A DNA stretch of 64,000 nt. Origin: Octopus sinensis (lineage: Eukaryota). Shown in pieces: positions 52,600 through 64,000 of the stretch; position 1 is the first letter of the stretch, and the number at the start of each line of letters is the position of its first letter. Where the stretch lies: positions 24,924,001 to 24,988,000 of the forward strand of contig NC_043015.1 in the NCBI RefSeq assembly GCF_006345805.1, written 5' to 3'. The notes beneath the pieces are model-generated. The model was not told the origin of the DNA. It was given only the letters and a program-made list of their open reading frames with translations, and ran no database searches. Both the position numbers and the translations under genes were made by a program.

Positions 52600-55500
52600 C
52601 ATCATCATCATCATCATCGTTTAACGTCCGTTTTCCGCGCTAGCACGGGTTGGACGGTTCGACCAGGGTCTGGGGAGCCAGGGGGTGCTCCAGGCTCCAA
52701 TCTGATCTGGCAGTATTTCTACAGCTGGATGCCCTTCCTAACACCAACCACGCCGCAAGTGTAGTGGGTGCTTTTTACGTGCCACTGGCACAGAAGCCAG
52801 TCGAGGCGGTGCTGGCATCGGCCACGTTCGGATGGTGCTTTTTATGTGCCACCGGCACAGAAGCCATTCGAGGCGGGGTTGGCATCGGTCACGTTCGGAT
52901 GGTGCTTTTTATGTGCCACTGGCACAGAAGCCAGTCGAGGCTGCACTGGCAACAGCCATGTTCAGATGGTGCTTTTTATGTGTCACCGGCACAGGTATCA
53001 CAACTACTGTTTCCATTGATATTTGGTTCAATGTTCATGTACATGCACTTGACTCAACAGGTCTCCTCAAGCACAGCGAGATGTTCCGGGATCCAAGGTA
53101 CTTTGAATGGGCAGGGGGTATGCGGAACTGGTGCGGGAAGCATCCCGGGTCTTAGTAGTCACAGCACATCTCCAGAGATCTCGGTCCTTCACCATTGCCT
53201 CAGTGAGGCCCAACACTCTGAGGTCATGCTTGACTACCTCATCCCATGTCTTCCTGGCTCTACCTCTCCTCCTGATTCCTTCAACTGTTCGGGAGTGGCA
53301 CTTCTTCACACATCTCTCCTCATCTATCCGCAGTACATGACCATACCATCGCAAGCGTTGCTCTTGCACACCGCATCTGATGCTTCTTATGCCTAGCATT
53401 TCTCTCAGGGTGCTTACACTCTGTCGTGCATTCACACTGACATTACACATCCAGCGGATCATGCTAGCTTCATTTCTTTCAAGTCTACGCATGTCCTCTG
53501 TAGTCACGGCCCATGTTTCACTGCCGTGAAGCATGGCAGTTTGCACACATGCATCATACAATCTACCTTTCACTCTGAGTGAGAGACCCTTTGTCGCCAG
53601 TAGGGGTAGGAGCTTTCTAAACTTTGCCCAGGCTATTCGTATTCTAGTGGTGACACTCTCTGAGCATCCACCCCCACTACTAACTTGGTCACCCAGGTAA
53701 AGGAAACTATAAACTACTTCTAGTTTCTACCCCTGGAGTGTGATGGAATCTGTTTTCTGAGTGTCTGTGGTGTCTATTGTCCCTGTGCATCTGCCGCACA
53801 TGAAAGCTATCTTATCAGTTACTTTCCCTTTGATGTTGCTGCACCTCTTATGCGTCCATAGCTTACACTGGGTGCATCTTATGGAGTTTCTACCTACACC
53901 TTTCCTACAGCTCGAGCAGGGCCACCTGCCCGATGGGGTGTGTGCTGAGTTCACCTTTCTGCATACTATAACTTTGGTCTTCGCTACATTTACTCTAAGG
54001 CCCTTTGATTCTAACCCTTGTTTCCACACCCGAAATTTCTTTTTTAGTTCCGGTAGTGATTCTGCTATGAGGGCCAGGTCATCAGCATAGAGGAGCTCCC
54101 AGGAGCAACCTGTTTTGAATTCCTCTGTTATTGCCTGGAGGACTATGATGAATAAAAGGGGACTGAGGGCTGAGCCCTGGTGTACACCTACTTCTACCCA
54201 GAATTCTTCACTATATTCGTTGCCAATCCTAACCTTGCTGACAGCCTCTCTGTATAGAGCCTATACAGCCCTTATTAGCCATTCGTCAATCAACAGTTTC
54301 CGCATCGACCACCAGATAAGGTATCGGGGAACCCTGTCAAAGGCTTTCTCCAAGTCCACAAAAGCTATGTAGAGGGGTTTATCTTTAGCTAGGTACTTCT
54401 CCTGCAGTTGTCGGACCAGGAATATAGCATCAGTGGTGTTTCTACCTGGCACAAAACCGAACTGCATCTCATCTAAGCAAATTCTCTCCCTAATGAGATG
54501 GGTTATGACCCTCTCTGTGGCCTTCATCACCTGATCGAAGAGTTTAATACCCCTGTAGTTATTTCTATCTAGAGCATCACCCTTACCCTTATAGCAGTTG
54601 ACTATGGTGCTGCTACGCCAGTCATTGGGTATGACTCCATTATGAACTACCTGGTTAACAATATGGGTGACTAGGCTGTTTTAAGCATCTCAGCAGTGAT
54701 ACCTGATGGGCCGGGGGCTTTACCTGGTTTCATATCCTTAATTGCCTTAACTACAAGGGAGCTGTCTATTTGGATAGCTGGTTCCTCTACTGGGTCAACA
54801 TTTGGCAGGCTCTCCTCCTCCCATTCATTCTCTACATTCAGCAGTCTTTCATAATGGCTTCTCCAAGACTCTTTCTTTTCACCAACATTAAAGGCAAGTG
54901 TCCCATCATCCATGCGGACACATTTCTCTCCTGTAACATCACCATTTTCTCTCACACACTGTCTAGCAATATGAAATACTTCAGTTCTTTGGTCCTCACA
55001 TCGCTGGACATTGGCAAACTTCTTTTCTGCTATATCTTTGGCTATGTATACCTGCTGCCCAGCCTCCCTTTTGGCTACTTGGTATGGTTCCCTGCTACCC
55101 CCATCACTCCAGGCTCTCCAGGCCTGTTTCTTAGAACTAATGGCTTTGTCTACTGCACTATTCCACCACCACGTAACTCTAGGTCTGGAAGGAACTTTGC
55201 ACCATCCACAGACTTGGTTTGTGGCACTCAGCAAGCTGTCCCGTAGGAATTTCCAGCTACCTTCTATGTCCGACGTCTGTAGCTCCTCCTCCCTCTCATC
55301 AAATTTCTTGATGAGGATGTCCCTAAATCTCTGACCATGTGAAGGGTTCTTTAGCTTCCAAATCCTTCTTTTCTGGATTGGTCTGTTTCTTGGAGTCCTT
55401 CTGGCCTCAAGCCTAAAGTCACTAATTATTAGCCTATGCTGAGGGATACACTCTTCACCCGGGAGAGTCTTTGTATTTAAGAGCGACCCTGCATCCAGCT

Positions 55501-56620
55501 GTCTGGTGAGGATGAAGTTTATTTGGCTAGCGGAGTCCCCTGACTGATAAGTTATAAGGTGGCAGTCAGGCTTCCTGAAGTTAGTGTTGCAGATTAATTT
55601 ACATGCATCACAGAATTCCAGTAGTCTAGTTCCCTCCTCATTTCTGGTGCCAATACCATGGCCACCGTGAACCCCAGTGAAGATACCCGATTCCCGCCCA
55701 ACATGCCCATTAAAGTCTCCACCCACAAAGATGAGGTCTTTGCCACTAGTCTTTGAGGTAGCCTGTAGAAAGGTATCATAAAAGTGGTCCTTCTGATCAT
55801 TTGGTAGGCCCGCTTGTGGGGCATAGGCGGAGATAATCGTAGCTGTGCCACTCTGTAGGACTAACCTGAGCTTAAGCACTCTATCGCAAACCCTGACAAC
55901 CTCTATGACATTATCCACCCATTTCTCCACAAGGAGAATGCCTACACCCCCTACCCCATCCATGTTACCTTGCCAGAAGACTTTATACCTATGTGCCTTG
56001 CCTGTGAGGACCCTAGCTGAAGCACCTCTCCACCTTACCTCTTGTATGCAGCATACATCAACCCGTCTTCTCTCAAGCATCTCTACAATCTCACTAGACC
56101 TACCTTTCAGTGTACCAACATTGACAGTGCCAACTCTGAAAACTGGGAAGGAGATGTGAGGGGGAGGGGTGTAATTCTGCGCCTGAAAAGAAGAGGGTTG
56201 TTGTGGTGGCGGTGATCGATTTTTAGGCATTTTCGTCTGATCTCTCTCTTCTGACCTGACAACATTCAAGCATTTAGGCATGTTAAGGTTCTGGTCCCTG
56301 CGGTAGGCAGGGTCAGGTGTTAGCAGCATTGTAAGCACAAGCATTAAAGTCATTGATGGTGTAGATGTAACCTCTGTGGTATAAATACTGAAATTCTAGG
56401 TGTTAGTAGTATTCTAAGCAAGCATTATGGTCATTGAGCGACGTGGTTTAAGCAGTGTAGCAGAAACATGGATATTCTAGAGATGGGCTGGGGGGGGTGG
56501 GGGGTTCTAGCAGGGAGAAGAGAGAGTGAGGGGGATGGGGAGAGGGTGCAGGTAATATAGGGGAGCATCAGTGGGGAGGGGTGTTAGGAGAAACGATGAC
56601 AGGTTCTAGACAAAATAGAA
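52600..56620 (-). mobile_element. Near-full-length RTE LINE (copy 4, diverged subfamily)
   Basis: ORF 54671-56353 (APE + linker), 54261-54530, 53727-54029 and 53067-53573 (RT, PHD-like finger, LRWYGHV). 3' array at 52760-53000, (CAT)n tail at 52598. The 5' boundary is approximate. Confidence 0.95.
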
Positions 56621-56685
56621 CGTAGGATATCACGAGAGGGGTAATACATGGTGAAATAGCGTATTAAATACATATACATATATAT

Positions 56686-56739
<54 letters not shown>

Positions 56740-56752
56740 CATATATATATAC

Positions 56753-56798
<46 letters not shown>

Positions 56799-56863
56799 AT
56801 ACATATACATATATATATATACATATAAATACATATACATATATATATATAAATACATATACA

Positions 56864-56895
<32 letters not shown>

Positions 56896-59554
56896 CATGT
56901 AAATATATGGCTGATGACCTGACGTGGTTGATGAAAGGACCGTCTGATTGGCACTCATGCCAGTGGAACATTAAAAGCACATTCGAACATCAAAATGAAT
57001 TAGAAAGCATCTCTTGACCATTTTGGAAAGAAATATTTTATGGAATTTGCTAGTTTAAATAGCTTCAACAAAGGAGGCAAATTGGCTCAAGGGGCCAAAA
57101 TGGTTGAAACTGGTGATTTGCAACAATTACTATTCTCCTCTCAATACTTGTCCTCTATTTATCATATTCACCAACTGACCCCCATTCTTCCCCATCTTTT
57201 ACTTTGTCCTCTTACATTCATGAACCCCCTGCCTACCCACTCTCCTGGTTCTTTCTCAACCCCACCCCTCATTCATTTCTACTCATCTCATACCTTTAGG
57301 TTTGACACAGACATCTCATTACCAATGCTTTTATCTCCCCTTTGCCATTCCTCCCCAAACATCCCACTGCCCTCTCATATGAAATATGAGTAATCACGTG
57401 GCCCTTCTACAGCAAGCAACCTGTTCTGCTCTGGCTCCTTTTCTCATGCTTTAACCCCATATCTTTTGGTATAAAGCTACCTCGCTTGGGGTTTGTAGTT
57501 TTGCAAGTTGCATGGTGGCCCCACAAGAGCTGGTGGCATTGAAAAGGGCACCAGGCCATAGAAACCATGCTAAAGTAGACGGTGGCGTACGATGTAGGAC
57601 CTTGGGTCCGTTAGATACTGTTAAGCCATCAATCAGATGCCAGCATGGATCATGGACAATTACTGATGATGATGACGACTAGGATGATGATGAAGAGGAG
57701 GAGGATGATGATAAGGATGAAAAGGATGATGATGACGATGACTATGAGGAGGAGTAGAAGGAAAAGGATGATGATGGAGATGATGGCATTGATGATGACA
57801 ATGACGATGACTATGATGACAATGATGATGGTGATGATGATAACTGTGATGATGATGATGATGATGATGATGTCTCCTTCAGAAAGCATTGCATTTTTTG
57901 TTCAGAATCTGCCTTAAGTTCAACCCCTCAGAGATGTCAACTTTTATTTTCCTCCTTCAAAGGTAGATAAAAAGAAAAGCACCAATCCCAGCAAAAGCAG
58001 TGGATTGGTTCACCAATCCACGTTTAATATTAAACTGAACATCTTGCAGTATTTGCCTTGATACTGGGCATCCTGAGTTCAAGTCCAACCATATCCTACG
58101 TGGATGATAGACTTATCTCATAGCCTGCATTAATGCCACCACTTGACACGTTTACTGATTTTTGTAGAGTTTTATTCTGTTGAAAGCATTTCATCCAGAC
58201 TTTTGGTTTGTGTTGACATTGCTCCCACCCCATTCAGTCATTCAGATGATGCCTTCCATCCTTTACGTTCTGAGTTTAAATTCCACCCAGGTTCAATTTA
58301 CCATTCATCTTTTCAGGTTTGATAAATTAAGTACCGGTTGTGTACTGGGGTTGATCTAATCAACTGGCCCCCTCCTCCAAAATTTCAGGCCTTGTGCCGA
58401 AAGTAGGAAGGATCATCATCATTATTATTATCATTTTTTTTTTGTTTAACCAAAGATAAACCTACATCTTCAGAGTGGTTGGTGTTTGGAAGGGCGTCCA
58501 ACCATGGAAATCAAACCAAAATCAGACTGGAACCTGGTGCAGTTCTCCAGCTTACCAGTTCCAGTCAAACTGCCTCACCCATGCCAGCATAGAAAGCAGA
58601 CATTAAATGATGACAATGATGATGATGATGATGATGATGATAGCAATGATGATGATGATTATGATAGCAATGATGGTGATGGTGATGGTGATGATGGTAG
58701 TGGTGGTGGTAATGATGGCGATGATGAAGCAATGCTATAATTTAAGCTCAGTCGAATCTAGATTATTGTAATATTTCAACATTTGCATCTACACTTGGTT
58801 AATTAATACCTCATCAACTAATTAAAGAATGAGGAGAGAAAACATAACAGACTTAGATATTTTTTTTTTAATGAGAAAAGCATAACTGAAGGAAAAAAAA
58901 AAACTTCACATTTGAAAGGAAGATTTTTCTTAATTTTGATTTACCAAAAAGAGAAAACCCACATAAAATATCATTAACAATCATAACGATAATTATAACA
59001 ACAATAAAATGATGATAATAATGACATTAAATAAATAAATAAATAAACGGAGGGTTTCTGGAATAATGAATAATACAATGTTATTAGAAATATTTTAAAA
59101 AGCAAAAGTTGTTTATCAAACTGATTAGTTTTATGATATTTTAAAACAGAGCCTCATCATTTCTATTACAAAGCAATTTCTATGGACTTGGCTAAAACTA
59201 TGATAACAGTGTCTTGGAGGAAAAGGAAAAGAATGAAGTCATCCGATTTAATTGGATTAAATAAATGAACATTAATTATTGTCGAGACAGTTATATTTAA
59301 TGAGATCAACGAATCAATAATTGAGTATAAATTAATTGCATCACTAATTTTCTAGTGGTTAGCTCTGTCATTCATTACAATCTTAGTGATAAGTTCTATG
59401 ACACTGACAACAATTCTGGTGGTTAGTGCCATGTTATTGACTACAATTCCTTTGTTTCTCTTTTACCACTTCATGGTTTCTTGTGTGTGTGTGTGGTTCT
59501 TAGCAACACAGCACTTTGTTGCACCTTACAGATGGACAGCTATGAATGTATGTT

Positions 59555-59600
<46 letters not shown>

Positions 59601-59602
<2 letters not shown>

Positions 59603-59760
59603 CACAGGAGTGACTGTGAGGTAAGTAGCTTGCTTACCAATCACATGTTTCTGGGTTCAGTCCCACTCTATGGCACCTTGGGCAGGTGTCTTCTACTTTA
59701 GCCTCGGGCCGACCAAAACCTTGTGAGTGGATTTGGTAGACGGAAACTGAAAGAAGCCCA
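59601..59760 (+). mobile_element. tRNA-derived SINE family B head. Others: 13155-13330 +, 22400-22555 -, 49015-49150 -
   Basis: ggcacaggagtgactgtgaggtaagtagcttgcttaccaatcacatgtttctgggttcagtcccact...gaaactgaaagaagccc. Confidence 0.85.
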
Positions 59761-59767
59761 TATATAT

Positions 59768-59809
<42 letters not shown>

Positions 59810-59812
<3 letters not shown>

Positions 59813-60257
59813 TCATCATCATCATCATCATCGTTTAACGTCCGCTTTCTATGCTAGCATGGGTTGGACGGTTCAACTGGGGTCTGGCAAGCCCGAAGGC
59901 TGCACCAGGCCAGTCAGATCTGGCAGTGTTTCTACAGCTGGATGCCCTTCCTAACGTCAACCACTCCGAGAGTGTAGTGGGTGATTTTATGTGCCACCAA
60001 CACAGGTGCCAGACGAGGCTGGCAGACGGCCACGCTCGGATGGTGTTTTTTATGTGCCACCGACATAGGTGCCAGACGAGGCTGGCAGACGGCCACGCTC
60101 GGATGGTGTTTTTTATGTGCCACCGACACAGGTGCCAGACGAGGCTGGCAGACGGCCACGCTCGGATGGTGTTTTATGTGTCACCGACACAGGTGCCAGA
60201 CGAGGCTGGCGAACGGCCACGCTCGGATGGTGTTTGTTACGTGCCCTCAGCACGGCG

Positions 60258-60262
<5 letters not shown>
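59810..60262 (-). mobile_element. Non-coding RTE 3' module (4-5 array units + terminal domain + (GAT)n tail)
   Basis: Near-identical units gtgccaccgacacaggtgccagacgaggctggcagacggccacgctcggatggtgttttttat; no ORF-derived sequence; flanked by (TA)n. Confidence 0.9.
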
Positions 60263-60304
<42 letters not shown>

Positions 60305-60451
60305 TATATATACATACATACATACATACATACATGTATCTATGTATGTATTGTCATATGCAGAAGCATATATATGCACATGCTCATATACAAGAAAGAA
60401 AGAAAGAAAGAGATGAAGATCGTAACAAGGAAAATACAAACGCGAGAAGAG

Positions 60452-60454
60452 AGG

Positions 60455-60497
<43 letters not shown>

Positions 60498-60503
60498 GAG
60501 AGG

Positions 60504-60535
<32 letters not shown>

Positions 60536-60540
60536 GTGAT
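60452..60540. repeat. (GA)n microsatellite
   Basis: Directly visible. Confidence 0.97.
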
Positions 60541-61244
60541 AGAAAGCTTATGTGTTACAACAACAACTTTTAGTAGCAGTGTTTGTTGTGTGCAGTCCTA
60601 GTGATGACATATTTTCTAAAAGATAAAAGTAGAATAGAATTGCTGCTGGTGACACAAATTCTTTTTACTTGATGCTTTCAGCCTTGGAGCAACTGTTTCA
60701 GTCCCCAAATCATATTTATTCTTTATGAAGGCAAAATAAGCTGCTGTAATTCCATTATTGAAATGCAGCAAGGGGAAAATCCATAACGTAAAGAGAAAAT
60801 GCCATTTTCTGACCACTTCAAATGTGACACATTTTCTTCAACAAGTACATTTTCCAATCTTCAGCAAAATTCAATACTTCTTCGATGCATGCAAAGTACA
60901 TTTTATTGGCAAATTCCTTGTCTACAAATCCACAACAACGGCATGCTAAACCATATTTTGTACAATTCAAAACTGGTTCTAACATGAATTCCTCTTTACC
61001 AATAAACTTCAACTGACAGCAAATCAGTGATGCCATTTAGAAGCCAGACAATTTCCATCTGAGGATTACAAATCATTTGCTTGGCATAAAATAAAAGACA
61101 AATACTTACCAATGCTTCAGATTAAATTTCTCATATCTTCAAGAAAATACTCGCATACATTATTAAAATTTTTTAAAACTTCTTCCCCCCCCCACTTTTT
61201 TTAACATTTTTGTCTCTCTAAAATCATTTTTCATTTACTAAGCA

Positions 61245-61642
61245 TGGGTGAGTGGCTAAGAAGCTTGCTTTCCATCTATGACATGTAGGGTTCAAGTCCT
61301 GCTTGGCAGCACTGTGCAAGGGTCTTCTATTATAGCCCCAAACCAAATATAAGGCCGCCTTGTAAGTGGATTTGGGAGACAGAAACTGAAAGAAGCAGAT
61401 TGTGTGTGTGTGTGTGTGTGTGTGTCTATACATGTATATGCATGTGCATGTGCATCTCTGTGTAACCTTGACATCATGTGACAATTGTGAATGAATATCA
61501 ACATCATTCCAACAATTCTGATCATTTCCTGTCTTGATCAGTGACAAGGTGAAGGTTGATGATTAGAAGGGAATCTGATCATAGAAAATTTACCTCCAAC
61601 ACATTCTGTGTGACACATACCAGTATGGAAAACTGGATGTTA
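61245..61642 (+). mobile_element. SINE with family B head, internal (TG)n and an RTE-like (GAT)n tail
   Basis: Head at 61245-61400; tail ...gattagaagggaatctgatcatagaaaa...cataccagtatggaaaactggatgttaaatgatgatg. Confidence 0.7.
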
Positions 61643-62442
61643 AATGATGATGATGATGATGACACCATATGGTTAGGTTAGTTGTTCTTGAATATGGGTG
61701 GGTGCATAAAGGATTATAAAATATCAGAATGGTTCCTGTAGTCACAACCAACAAAATGCAAGACCTATGTTGACACAATTTGTGGAGAGCCTTAGCTTCA
61801 AGAAGAATTTTCATTAATGTTCTACAACCAAAAGCAAAATTTGTGTAGAATATGTTGATGAAGAATGACATGGCAAGGGCAGGGGTGTCTCGCAGAAACT
61901 CTACCAAGAATTAAGATATTTGTTTGAAAGAAATAAACTCATCCATTTCATAAAAAATCTAAGATTGGATTAAACTGAATGATTTTTTTTTTCCAGACAC
62001 ACAAGACGGAAGAAGCTGATTAACTACACTAATAAGAAACAACAGCTAAATAACACCCTTCTGCCAGTGAAGAATGAATAATGTAACATTAGTGAATTAT
62101 GTGAGATAAAATTGTTGTGTGGTCAAGGCTGGATTGTCTTTAATATTCAGTGTCCTGCTACAGAGATAACTTAACTAAGAGAAATTTAAATTTGCCTTTT
62201 TTGAATGAAACTTTCATGACAAAAACACATTTTCAAATTGTAACATTTACTAATTAAAATTATTGATTGAATAATTAGTAATTTTTATATTAATTATTTA
62301 ATAATTTTAATAATTAGAATTATGATTGCAAAATATATCAATATATAAAATTATCGATTGGTCTTGATTCACTGGTCTATGCCTAATCACTAAAATATGT
62401 GGTTTTCATCGATTCTGTCTATAATACTAATATTTGATGATC

Positions 62443-62479
<37 letters not shown>

Positions 62480-62504
62480 TAATAATAATAATAATAATAA
62501 TAAC

Positions 62505-63375
62505 CCCTTCTAATAAAGGCACACGGCCTGAAATTTTGAAGGAGAGACTAGTCAATTACCTTGACCCCAGTGTTTCACTGGTACTTCATTTATCGACCCT
62601 GAAAGGATGAAAGGCAAAGTCAACCTTGGTGGAATTTGAACTCAGAATGCAGTGATGGATGAAATGATGCTAAGCATTTTGCCTGGCATGCTAACGATTC
62701 TGCCAGCTTCATAATAATAATAATGGTCTCAAATTATGCCACAAGGGCAAAAATTTTGGGGGTAGGAGTTGAGTTGATTACATCGACCCCAGTGTTCAAC
62801 TGGTACTTATTTTATCGAACCTGAAAGGGATGAAAGGCAAAGTTGACCTTAGAAGAATTTGAACTCAGAACATAAAGACAGATGAAACACCACTAAGCAT
62901 TTTGACCATTGTGCTAATGATTCTGCCAACTCACTACCTTTAATAATACCAACAATAATAATAATAACGAGAATACTAAAAATGAACCCAACTGCTCTCA
63001 AAAATTAAGTGAAAAAACTGGAAAAAATAAATCAGAATCCTTGTTCAGCACCAGATCGATCCCAAAATTTAATCAGTTTGTGGCAGTCATGAGCCCAAAC
63101 ATCCCTGAAAGTTTCATCTGAATCCATCCTATGGTTCTTGAGATATCTTGTCCATGGACAAACAAATAAACAAACATGACTGAAAACAATACCTCTGCCT
63201 TAGCGAAGGCAGGGGTAATAATAATAATAAATAATCCCTTCTGCTATTAGCACAAGGGATGAAAGTTTAAGGGGACAGGTGAGTCAATTAGATTGACCCC
63301 AGTATTTGAGCAGTGAGTTATTAAACCTGAAAGAAAGTTAAAGTTGACTTTGGTGGCATTTGAACTAAGAATGTG
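62505..63375 (-). mobile_element. Cluster of three family A SINEs in the same orientation (62505-62708, 62723-62938, 63236-63375)
   Basis: Each shows aattttgaagg/ggg...gaccccag...actggtacttatttatcgaccctgaaaggatgaaaggcaaagt...gaatttgaactcagaa and is bordered by (AAT)n. Confidence 0.88.
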
Positions 63376-63764
63376 TGGAACAAACACCACAAGGAATTTT
63401 TTTCAATTTATTAGCCTACCACCTTTAAAAATAGTAACAACGATAATAATAAGGTTATTTGAGAATGATCCCTTGCTTACCTTCTCCCTAAGAAGTGTAG
63501 AGAATTGTTTTAACTGCTATGTCACAGATATTGAGAAGGGCATCATCACTGTGAGAAGAGCATTGTCACCCATGTCAATAGTTTTCCTTTTCCTTTCTTT
63601 TCCTGTTTCCTTTTTTCTTCTTTCACATAACTTGTAAATGAACAGTCTAGTGTTTAGTTTAATGCCCTACCAATGTATACAGAGAAGTTCTTTGTCCTTG
63701 GTGTCGGGAAGACACTTACCAAGAAATGGAAACAAATTTGAAAGAATAAGAAATATCCTTTATA

Positions 63765-63766
63765 AT

Positions 63767-63797
<31 letters not shown>

Positions 63798-64000
63798 GTT
63801 TAACGTCCGTTCTCCATGCTAGTATGGGTTGGACAGTTCAACCGGGGATCTGGGAAGCCAGGAGGCTGCACCAGGCTCCAGTCTTATCTGGCAGTGTTTC
63901 TACAGCTAGATGCCCTTCCTAACGTCAACCACTCCGTGAGTGTAGTGGGTGCTTTTTAAGTGCCACCTGCACAGGTGCCAGGCGAGGCTGGCAACGGCCA
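63765..64000 (-). mobile_element. RTE 3' terminal domain + first array unit, running off the window
   Basis: (CAT)n-cgtttaacgtccg...ggatgcccttcctaacg...gtgccacctgcacaggtgccaggcgaggctggc. Confidence 0.9.

Overview
This is AT-rich, microsatellite-dense eukaryotic DNA, very probably octopus (inferred from the repeat families as I remember them, not from a search). It has no prokaryotic features, no CRISPR array, no rRNA and no true tRNA gene. Most long ORFs in the track are microsatellite artefacts. The real coding signal comes from decayed retroelements. These are two near-full-length RTE-clade LINEs (~2941-7282 +, ~52600-56620 -), one 5'-truncated copy (14352-17040 -), several APE/RT fragments, a 5'-inverted LINE with a 14-bp TSD, a palindromic Penelope-like GIY-YIG element, fragments of REL-endonuclease (R4/Dong/NeSL-like) retrotransposons, a mariner relic, and many tRNA-derived SINEs. 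A few splice-flanked open segments suggest a minus-strand host gene (best exon 32080-32217). The most notable observation is an array of ~61-bp structured modules in the RTE 3' UTR. Each module has a constant scaffold, covarying stems and a variable loop, and in the first LINE the modules mostly alternate as mutually complementary A/B pairs. The same scaffold recurs in diverged autonomous and non-autonomous copies across the window.
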